The notes under the pieces were generated by a model that did not search any database, had not been told where the DNA came from, and worked only from the letters and a program-made list of their open reading frames with translations. From Eggerthellaceae bacterium (GTDB lineage Bacteria; Bacillota; Clostridia; Christensenellales; UBA1242): a stretch of 64,000 nt of DNA. Position 1 is the stretch's first letter. Every line of letters begins with the position of its first letter. This document shows positions 55,190 through 64,000 of the stretch, piece after piece. The stretch is taken from assembly GCA_963602685.1 (NCBI GenBank), contig CAVCJG010000001.1, positions 13,981-77,980 of the forward strand, in the 5' to 3' direction. Made by a program: the position numbers and the translations under genes.

Positions 55190-56380
55190 ATGGAACTTTT
55201 ATCACCTGCAGGAAATTATGACAAGTTTTTGACAGCGCTTGATTTTGGCGCTGATGCTGTTTATTTTGCAGGACAGGCTTTTGGGCTGCGCGCTTTTGCG
55301 GGCAACTTTTCTATCGACCAAATAAAAGCGGCGTGCCAAGAAGCGCACAAACGCGGAAAAAAAGTGTATGTGACAGTCAATATTATCGCAAAAGATGAAG
55401 ATTTTAACGGGCTTAAAGAATATTTACAAAGTCTAAGCGACGCAAATGTGGACGCAGTAATCGTCGCCGACATCGGCATCATTCGCTTTATCCGCAAAAA
55501 CTTTCCAAACATGGAAATTCACGTCAGCACACAAGCAAACATAACAAACACAGAATCCGCGCTCTTTTTTGCCGATATGGGCGTAAAACGCGTAGTTCTT
55601 GCTCGTGAATTAAACCTTGCTCAAGTTAAAAAAATCGCAACAGTGCTCAAAGAAAGGGGAGTCGAAGTCGAATGCTTTGTGCACGGCGCAATGTGCATCT
55701 CATATTCAGGCAGATGCCTGCTTTCAAACTATCTTGCATGCCGTGATGCCAACCATGGCGAGTGCGTTCAGGCTTGCAGATGGAGATATTTTGTCCGCGA
55801 AGAAAAACGTGACAGCGAATTGGAAGTTGAAGAAGACAATCGCGGAACTTACATATTCAATTCAAAAGATATGTGCATGATTCAACATTTGAAAGAATTG
55901 CAAGATGCGGGTGTCGCTTCGCTTAAAATTGAAGGCCGCATGAAATCGGAATACTATGTCGCTTGCGTTACAAATGCTTATCGCAAAGCCATTGATATGC
56001 TTCCTAAAAAAGCGGGAGATGAGTTTGTCACCGAACTTGAAAAAACTTCGCACCGCCTTTTCTCAACAGGTTTTTATTTTAAAGAAGCCGAAGAAAATTT
56101 GGCTTCATCATCGCCAGTGCAAACCCATGAGTTTGTCGGGGTGGTGAAGGATTGCCAAAACGGAGTCGCTACAATCGAGCAACGCAATTTCTTAAAAGAA
56201 GGCGACGAGGTTGAAGTGCTCAGCCCAGACGATAAAGTTTTCAACAAAACTTTTAAAATAATAAACATGAAAAATAAAGACGGCGAGCATATAGAAAAAG
56301 CAAACATGGCGCAAATGTTGTTTACTTGTGAATGTGATTTGCCACTAAATAAAGGCGATTATTTAAGAAGAAAGATTTAA
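55190..56380 (+). CDS. Peptidase U32-family protein
   Basis: MELLSPAGN, ELNLAQV, FVHGAMCISYSGRCLLS, LKIEGRMK signature. Confidence 0.85.
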   Translation: MELLSPAGNYDKFLTALDFGADAVYFAGQAFGLRAFAGNFSIDQIKAACQEAHKRGKKVYVTVNIIAKDEDFNGLKEYLQSLSDANVDAVIVADIGIIRFIRKNFPNMEIHVSTQANITNTESALFFADMGVKRVVLARELNLAQVKKIATVLKERGVEVECFVHGAMCISYSGRCLLSNYLACRDANHGECVQACRWRYFVREEKRDSELEVEEDNRGTYIFNSKDMCMIQHLKELQDAGVASLKIEGRMKSEYYVACVTNAYRKAIDMLPKKAGDEFVTELEKTSHRLFSTGFYFKEAEENLASSSPVQTHEFVGVVKDCQNGVATIEQRNFLKEGDEVEVLSPDDKVFNKTFKIINMKNKDGEHIEKANMAQMLFTCECDLPLNKGDYLRRKI

Positions 56381-56392
56381 AAAATGAAAATT

Positions 56393-56422
56393 ATGAGAGA
56401 ACTAAGCCGCTCTCATTTTTTT
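56393..56422 (+). terminator. Intrinsic terminator after the U32 gene
   Basis: ATGAGAG - 10-nt loop - CTCTCAT then T6. Confidence 0.65.
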
Positions 56423-56448
56423 ATTTAATCCGACGGCAATGCGCGCAT

Positions 56449-56501
56449 ATATAAACCAACCGCAACGCACACGTGAATATAAACCAACCGCAATGCACAC
56501 G
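56449..56501 (+). repeat. Two direct copies of a 25-bp motif (28-bp period)
   Basis: ATATAAACCAACCGCAACGCACACG (56449-73) and ATATAAACCAACCGCAATGCACACG (56477-501). Confidence 0.85.
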
Positions 56502-56866
56502 CAGTGTGCTATCATGCACGCGCCAGCGTGCCATCCTGCATGCGCAATCATGCTATCATGCGCAACTTGTTTCGCCATCCTGCTGAAAAAGTCAGCCATC
56601 GCGTCGCCGACGCGTTTTCCACATTGTCAAAAATAAAAAACGAAAAATTATTTCACGCACTGCCCAAATTGTGACGGAATGTATGCAAAAACGCTTGACG
56701 TTTTTTTTTTTCACTAGAATAAAATTGTAAAGAAATCCACAAAAAGCCTAAAAATAAATATTTTTAATATTTAATAGTGCAAAATCGATTAAAAATTGTC
56801 GAAAAACATTAGGTAATTTTGTCGAAAATGAGTAAAATAATATACGTATAAAAGGGTGATTTAGTA

Positions 56867-59800
56867 GTGGTAAAGACCAAAGCGAAAATTGCACAGATAG
56901 TAATAATCGTTTTATTGTCGCTTATTATGATGGTTGGCGGCATAGTCTTTTTATGCCAAGAAGTGGCAACTCCACCATCTCAAATGGAAGAAGATATTGA
57001 AGTTGAAGCAGATAATTGTACAATTAGTTACAACATTAAAAAAGTGTATGGCAATGGCAATCCAAATTCTGCCACAACAGGTATTAATTTTGAAGCGACT
57101 GTTGCTATTGGAAATAAAAACAGAAAACTTAAAGCGCAAAGATCTGTCACTGTAACAGCGTCTGGTGGAACTGGAGATAATGGGTGGTATGGTACATCTG
57201 TTCCGACTACATTGGCTTGGTATTATCGTTGGGGGTGCGTTAATTCCGTGTCATATTCGCAAACTATTGATGAAAATAGCTCAAGATATGACATGACCGA
57301 CTCGAAAAATGCAACCCACGCTACTGGCGCATACTTATCAAACCTTAAAGGAACATGGTATGGTGTTGACACTGGAAATTCAACAGCGGGCGCCACACTA
57401 TATTTAACGATTTATTATACACCTAGATTTACCGTAAACCTTAATGGCGGTTCAGGCCCTGACGGATGGACGGGCCCAGGGATAACGGCAGCCAACACCA
57501 TGCCTGATTATTTGTATTATAATACATATAATCAATCAGGGACAACGGCATTCCCAACTGCAACAGTATATTCTAAAGACCCAGCGAGCAGCAAAGTGTC
57601 TACAGCAATAGAGATGACGCTTAAACCACAAAGAACAGGCTATACTTTTGCCGGTTATCACACAACGAAAACTGGCGGTTATGAAATTGTAACGTCGTCT
57701 GGGAGATGGACGATCACAAGAGACTCACACCTTTGCAAAGCGCAGACAATTTACGCTCATTGGACTGCAAATACTTATAATCTTACAGCAAATGCAAATG
57801 GCGGTTCTATTCCTTCAACAAGTGGTTGGAGCGGAACGGGAACAACAGCATCAAAATCAGTTACATTTGATTCTTCACCGGGGACAATGCCAAAGCCAAC
57901 ACGCACAGGCTACACTCTTGCTGGATGGTATACATCTGCAAGTGGCGGAACAAAAGTTGCAAATGCAGACGGATCATTTATTTCTACAGTAGGCGGATAT
58001 ACCAACTCAGGCAAATGGAAGAGAGATGAAGCCACAACACTCTATGCCCAATGGACTGTAAATAATTATAACCTTAAAATAGATCCGGTTAAAGGTACAT
58101 ACAACAATTCAACAGGTCTTACATCTATTACACAAAATTACGGAACATCTTATACATATTTAACTCCAACAAGAACGGGTTATAACTTTGACGGATGGCA
58201 CACTGGTCAAAATTATTTGAGTTCTGCGACAACATTCAATGGTTCATCTACATATGTTGCCATTGGCCGTTCAGCAATGTATACCGATGGCATTTCGGTT
58301 GCCGTCAGAGCAAGCATGGATAATTGGGCTGAATTTAAGACAGGTAATATGCGGCTCGTCTCATGCACAGAAGGCGGTGGCTGGAACTTTGAACCAAACG
58401 GCGAATATGTCCAGTTTGCATGTTATGACAGCGGTGTGGGATATAAATCTGCTATGTCGGGGATAAAATGGTCGGAACTTTCGTCTGGTTATCACACATT
58501 TGTGGGAACTTTTGACGGCAAATATGCAACCATTTATATAGATGGGAAACCTTATGGTGTGTCAGGAGGGTTTTCATCTGGTAAAATTGGCTATCACGCG
58601 TCAAACGGAATATTTATTGGGGCGGAAGCGGGCTCAAACGCGACAACTCCTGCGGGAAATTACTTTAAAGGAACTATTGACTATGTAGCAATTTCAAACA
58701 GTGGCACAGTGTCAAAGCCAACAACGTTTACTTTCCCAGCCTACAACTCAGCGTCAACGGCGCAATGGACGGCAAAGAAATTTACTTTGACTTTTGATGG
58801 CAATGGTGGCGGAACACCTAGCCCAACATCTAAAACAATTACATATGACAACCTTTATGGTGAATTAGCCACAATTTCACGTGCCGGTTACACCTTTAAT
58901 GGCTGGTGGACTTCTGCATCGGGCGGATCGCGAATAACCGAAAGTACGAAAGTGACAGTTACTGCCAACCAAACCGTCTATGCTCACTGGACTGCGAACC
59001 AATACACGATAACAGCCAACGCGAACAGCGGAATCAACGCAGCTAAAACGGGTTGGACGCTTGCGAGTGATAGTAAAACATCAACAATGATTTTTACATA
59101 CGGGCAAGCGGCCAGTGCAATGCCAACTGCATCGCGAACTGGTTATACTTGTGATGGTTGGTATACAGCTGCAAGCGGTGGGACAAAAGTAGCAAATGCG
59201 AACGGCTCATTTATAGCAAGTGTCAGCGGCTACACAGATGCAAATAAAAATTGGATTGGGACATCAAATACAATCTTGTATGCACACTGGACAATCAACA
59301 AATACACACTTAAAATTGATCCTAATGGTGGAATTTATAATAGTACGACATCAATTTCAACTTTTTCTCAAAACTACTACACAACAAAGGCTATTGCAAA
59401 TCCTACCAGAACTGGTTACACGTTTGCCGGTTGGGTTGCTACAAAAGAAATAAACGGCGCGACATGGGCACAAATACTTTATCATTTCAATGATTCAGGT
59501 TCACAGTTGTTTGCATCAAGCGACAATTTAAGTACGCAAACTAAAAATGATTTTTATAGAAACAGTCAGTTTGCAAACCTTGCTCGTTACAACTTAACAA
59601 GTTATGAATTCTTGCTGCAATATTCGCATATTTCTGGCTATAACCAATGGAAGCAAACATCAAACCCAGCTACAACAAATAATACAATAAGCGGCTATCA
59701 GGCGGTTTCAATTTCTTGGACCGACAACGCTTGGGGTGGAATTGCCTTGTCAAGCACAACGGCCTCAACATTTATAGATGGCTCGCCAGGAACGGGAACA

Positions 59801-61837
59801 TGGTTCTACGCTCTTGGTTCATATGCCGAATGGAGCGGCGGAATTCCAGGGCCGTCTGCTGCTGAGAAACAAGTCACACGTTTGTGGTTAAAAACAGATT
59901 CGACCTTGTCAAATTTAAAGCCAACTGCTTCGTTCCATAATGACGACGCGCTTGGATCTACCAATTATTATTACTTTAAGGATGAAGATATCACTCTAAA
60001 AGCGCTGTGGATTGTAAATAGCTACACGCTTACCGCAAATGCAAACAGCGGATCAATACCATCAACGACTGGTTGGACGGGCACTGGAACTACTGCAACA
60101 AAATCAGTGGTATATAATACGGCATACGGAACTTTGCCATCGCCAACAAGAACAGGATATGGATTTGCTGGTTGGTATACAGCAGCATCAGGCGGCACAC
60201 AAGTCAGTGCAACCACAAAAATGGGCGCAGCAAACACGACAATTTACGCTCATTGGACATTAAATTCATATGCTTTGACAGCCAACTGCAACGGCGGGAC
60301 TGCACCAAGCACACTCCCAACAGGATGGACAGCAAATGGAACATCTCCACATCGCTCAGTAAATTACAATGCTACGTATGGAACGCTTCCAGAACCAACA
60401 AGACAAGGATATATCTTTGCTGGTTGGTGGACGGCAGTAAGTGCGGGTAGTGAAGTGAATAGCGACACAAAAATGGGCGCGGCAGACGCTACAATCTATG
60501 CTCATTGGGTAGAAAGTTGGGTTAAGTATATGTCAAGTGACGATCCAGTGATAGATCAAGCGGACGGATATTACAAAATCGACTCAGCCGCAAAACTTGC
60601 ACGTCTTGCATACCTTGTAAACAGCAACGCGGACAACGGCAAATGGGCAAACTTAAAATACAAACAAACTGCCGACATCGACCTTTCTGCACACTATTGG
60701 CAACCAATCGGCAATGCAACATATCAATTTAAAGGGATTTTCGACGGTTCAACATTCGACATCCACTACATGAAAACATATTGCGGAGTAAATGACTATG
60801 AAGCATACACCGGGGTTGGAATGTTTGGTAAAATAAGTGGTGCGACAATCAAAAATGTCAACAATTATGACGTTGACATCAAAGGCAGAACAAGAACAGG
60901 CGCTATTACTGGTCGTGATGATTTATCAACGATTCAAAATTGCAGAGTAACCGGTAAAGTTACTGGACTTGCGGGCTATATTGGTGGCCTTGTGGGTGCA
61001 TCATATAAAGAAAAAGTTATTGAATGTGAAAACTACGCAGCAGTTAAAGGTGATTTCGATGTTGGCGGAATAGTAGGAAATGCAAATGAAACTGTCTTAA
61101 CAAATTGCATCAACAATGGTGCAATTCAAGGTAGAAACGCAACTGGCGGCATAGCTGGATACAAACATTACAACAACGTTGTAAATTGTATAAACAAAGG
61201 CAGTGTGACTGGCACAGGACAATATATTGGTGGCATAGTCGGTTCGTATGCAGGCGCAAATGTGCAAAATTGCACAAACGAAGGAACGGTTCAGGGAACA
61301 ACAATAATCGGTGGAATAGTTGGCTATATGCAAACTGCCACTGCGACAATATCAAATGGTTTGAATACAGGAACGCTTAAAGCCACAGCAGCCAATGGTG
61401 AAGTCGGCGGAATTGCCGGAAGAGTAACATATGCGACAACGATTACATCAAGTTTTGTTGATTGCTCAATCACACCAGTAAGCACAAGTAAGGTTGGTGG
61501 AATTGTCGGATATACATCAGTGGCAATCGCAATCACATATTGCGGTGCAAATGTGAAAGTAACAGCGGCAGCATCAACAGTTCAACCATTCTACAATGCA
61601 GCAAGCGGTGTGACTGTGACGTGCAATGATTCATATTCACTTGTAAACAACAATGGAACAAAAATCAACCGAATTACTGCGACAAGCAGCGGAATGGACA
61701 AGAAATTTGGAATGATTTCGTCAATTCATGATGGATTGCCAGTTCCACTTGGAATCTACCACGTAAGTCAATATGGAACAACAACAGGCATTGCTTCAAC
61801 ATTAAAAGGAAGCAAATACGGCTGCACAACCGCATAG
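56867..61837 (+). CDS. Giant N-terminally anchored surface protein: 8 Listeria-Bacteroides (Flg_new) repeats, a LamG-like domain, and a C-terminal GLUG-type repeat region
   Basis: 1656 aa, GTG start, TM anchor IVIIVLLSLIMMVGGIVFL. Eight (T/A/Q)GY.F.GW...GG...(I/V)YAHWT units. Concanavalin/LamG pattern FNGSSTYVAIG...HTFVGTFDGKYATIYIDG...FKGTIDYVAISN. At least 7 GGI(V/A)G repeats. Confidence 0.75.
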   Translation: MVKTKAKIAQIVIIVLLSLIMMVGGIVFLCQEVATPPSQMEEDIEVEADNCTISYNIKKVYGNGNPNSATTGINFEATVAIGNKNRKLKAQRSVTVTASGGTGDNGWYGTSVPTTLAWYYRWGCVNSVSYSQTIDENSSRYDMTDSKNATHATGAYLSNLKGTWYGVDTGNSTAGATLYLTIYYTPRFTVNLNGGSGPDGWTGPGITAANTMPDYLYYNTYNQSGTTAFPTATVYSKDPASSKVSTAIEMTLKPQRTGYTFAGYHTTKTGGYEIVTSSGRWTITRDSHLCKAQTIYAHWTANTYNLTANANGGSIPSTSGWSGTGTTASKSVTFDSSPGTMPKPTRTGYTLAGWYTSASGGTKVANADGSFISTVGGYTNSGKWKRDEATTLYAQWTVNNYNLKIDPVKGTYNNSTGLTSITQNYGTSYTYLTPTRTGYNFDGWHTGQNYLSSATTFNGSSTYVAIGRSAMYTDGISVAVRASMDNWAEFKTGNMRLVSCTEGGGWNFEPNGEYVQFACYDSGVGYKSAMSGIKWSELSSGYHTFVGTFDGKYATIYIDGKPYGVSGGFSSGKIGYHASNGIFIGAEAGSNATTPAGNYFKGTIDYVAISNSGTVSKPTTFTFPAYNSASTAQWTAKKFTLTFDGNGGGTPSPTSKTITYDNLYGELATISRAGYTFNGWWTSASGGSRITESTKVTVTANQTVYAHWTANQYTITANANSGINAAKTGWTLASDSKTSTMIFTYGQAASAMPTASRTGYTCDGWYTAASGGTKVANANGSFIASVSGYTDANKNWIGTSNTILYAHWTINKYTLKIDPNGGIYNSTTSISTFSQNYYTTKAIANPTRTGYTFAGWVATKEINGATWAQILYHFNDSGSQLFASSDNLSTQTKNDFYRNSQFANLARYNLTSYEFLLQYSHISGYNQWKQTSNPATTNNTISGYQAVSISWTDNAWGGIALSSTTASTFIDGSPGTGTWFYALGSYAEWSGGIPGPSAAEKQVTRLWLKTDSTLSNLKPTASFHNDDALGSTNYYYFKDEDITLKALWIVNSYTLTANANSGSIPSTTGWTGTGTTATKSVVYNTAYGTLPSPTRTGYGFAGWYTAASGGTQVSATTKMGAANTTIYAHWTLNSYALTANCNGGTAPSTLPTGWTANGTSPHRSVNYNATYGTLPEPTRQGYIFAGWWTAVSAGSEVNSDTKMGAADATIYAHWVESWVKYMSSDDPVIDQADGYYKIDSAAKLARLAYLVNSNADNGKWANLKYKQTADIDLSAHYWQPIGNATYQFKGIFDGSTFDIHYMKTYCGVNDYEAYTGVGMFGKISGATIKNVNNYDVDIKGRTRTGAITGRDDLSTIQNCRVTGKVTGLAGYIGGLVGASYKEKVIECENYAAVKGDFDVGGIVGNANETVLTNCINNGAIQGRNATGGIAGYKHYNNVVNCINKGSVTGTGQYIGGIVGSYAGANVQNCTNEGTVQGTTIIGGIVGYMQTATATISNGLNTGTLKATAANGEVGGIAGRVTYATTITSSFVDCSITPVSTSKVGGIVGYTSVAIAITYCGANVKVTAAASTVQPFYNAASGVTVTCNDSYSLVNNNGTKINRITATSSGMDKKFGMISSIHDGLPVPLGIYHVSQYGTTTGIASTLKGSKYGCTTA

Positions 61838-61902
61838 GCTTATTTGCGCGGCAAAAAGTTACAAAAAATTTTAAAAAAATATAAAAAATATGTCATTTTC
61901 CG

Positions 61903-61931
61903 TTGACATATTTTTTTAATCTGCATATAAT
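61903..61931 (+). promoter_or_regulatory. Consensus sigma-A promoter of the hrcA-grpE-dnaK operon
   Basis: TTGACA - 17 nt - TATAAT. Confidence 0.7.
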
Positions 61932-61935
61932 AGTG

Positions 61936-61962
61936 CTAGCACTTGAAACATGAGAGTGCTAA
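61936..61962 (+). promoter_or_regulatory. CIRCE operator (HrcA binding site)
   Basis: CTAGCACTT-N9-GAGTGCTAA versus consensus TTAGCACTC-N9-GAGTGCTAA. It lies directly downstream of the -10 box. Confidence 0.85.
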
Positions 61963-61980
61963 AAAGTCACGGAGGAATGG

Positions 61981-62972
61981 ATGGAACTATCCGAAAGAAA
62001 AAAACATATTTTGCAGGTGGCCATTGATTCATACATCGCTTCTTCTTCACCAATCACAAGCGGTGCGCTGAAAGATTTGTCAGCACTGGGTTGCTCTACC
62101 GCAACTTTGCGAAACGAACTTAACGCACTTGAAGCGATGGGGTATTTAAAGCAACTTCACACTTCGGGTGGAAGAGTGCCTACCGCTCAAGGTTATCGCT
62201 ATTATGTTGAAACAATGCTTTCGTCTTTTCATGCGACTAACGCCGAACTTGAAAAGGTGAGAAGAATTATTGAAGAAAAAACCGCTTCTCTTTCAGATCT
62301 TGTTTCTTCTATTGCAAAAGTTATTGGCGAAGCAACCAATTATCCAACTGTTGTCATGCTGTCGGGTGTCGAAAATTTGGTGCTTCAAGACTTTCAGATT
62401 ATTCCTTTGCTCAGCCAAGAAGTTTTAGTATTGATTGGAACGGGCTCGGGGTACATCAACGAAAGACTTGGCATCTCGGCAACCAAGCGTGAGTGTGACG
62501 ACGCCGCAAGATTCTTTAAGCGTCATTTTGTGGGCAGAACCATAAAAGAACTGACTGAAGAATTTGAGTATGGACAACTCACCGCAGAAATTGAACAATT
62601 CCAAAATATTGTTGATGGTTTAGTTTCTGGCCTCAGACGTTTTAACAACCGCAAGATGTTGGACGTTCAAAAAAGCGGTGCGGTTAAACTGCTGGAAAGC
62701 GGAGAAATCGAAAAAGCAAAAAAGATTTTCACCGTGCTTGACGACGAAGACGAACTCATCGAGGTTATGAGCGCCGACGAAGGCGACGACATAATCATTT
62801 CAGTTGCTGAAAACGACGAAGAACTTTCAGTTGTCAAAGTTCCAATTAAAGTTGGCTCGGTTCAACTTTCGGTTGGAGTGCTTGGGCCTCAGCGTATGGA
62901 TTACGGCGGGGTTAGCGCAGCGCTTAAGTTGCTTGCCGACGAACTTGAAAATGTTAAAAAAGGAGATTTACC

Positions 62973-62976
<4 letters not shown>
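61981..62976 (+). CDS. hrcA: Heat-inducible transcription repressor HrcA
   Basis: LSERKKHILQVAIDSYIASSSPITSGAL, TLRNELNALEAMGYLKQLHTSGGRVPT. Preceded by CIRCE and followed by grpE-dnaK. Confidence 0.9.

Positions 62977-64000
<1,024 letters not shown>

Noticed and set aside
56402-56636. Two overlapping 65-aa ORFs (56402-56599 minus, 56439-56636 plus), the latter Cys/His/Ala-rich and superficially RiPP-precursor-like
   Set aside because: There is no RBS, and no modifying enzyme, transporter or leader-type motif nearby. The amino-acid pattern mirrors the underlying DNA direct repeats. I treat the region as non-coding repeat sequence (see the finding at 56423-56866).
56640-56866. An invertible promoter (phase-variation switch) upstream of the giant surface-protein gene
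   Set aside because: The recurring TTGTC(A/G)AAAA motifs are in direct, not inverted, orientation. I found no pair of inverted repeats flanking a promoter-like sequence, and no nearby recombinase gene.

Overview
This is a 64-kb chromosomal segment from a low-GC, endospore-forming Firmicute that looks Clostridia-like. It is mostly core genes on the + strand. In order: priA(partial)-def-fmt-rlmN-rsgA-rpe; a sporulation/germination block (veg, a SipL/SpoVID-like LysM protein, spoIIR, sleB, ypeB, spoVG); a cell-wall/division (dcw) cluster (murF-ddl-murE-mraY-murD-ftsW/spoVE ... murA-ftsQ-ftsA-ftsZ-spoIIGA-sigE-sigG-ylmC); then nrdR, feoAB, der, plsY, spoIVA, rpmB, asp23/yloV, tlyA, alr, prfB (with its +1 frameshift), tsaD, a U32 peptidase, and hrcA-grpE-dnaK(partial) behind a CIRCE operator. 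There are two very large N-terminally anchored surface proteins with GLUG-type repeats. One of them also has 8 Listeria-Bacteroides repeats and a LamG-like domain. I saw no rRNA, tRNA, CRISPR array, transposase or integrase. The most unusual content: (1) an ~8-kb accessory insertion (about 24.1-32.1 kb) splits the dcw cluster between ftsW/spoVE and murA. It opens with a very AT-rich two-gene cassette encoding mTERF-like helical-repeat proteins. That cassette is bracketed by a ~45-bp direct duplication of the ftsW/spoVE 3' end plus terminator, and it contains five near-identical 108-bp tandem coding repeats. (2) A ~130-nt, ~78% G+C element next to rpmB can be drawn as three hairpins closed by a perfect 13-bp stem. 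(3) GrpE has a 22-cysteine CxCGDx-repeat N-terminal extension. (4) MurF has its N-terminal domain replaced by hydrophobic segments. (5) A 486-bp intergenic region with nested direct repeats lies upstream of the largest surface-protein gene. All functional calls rest on motif recognition by eye. No database search was run.
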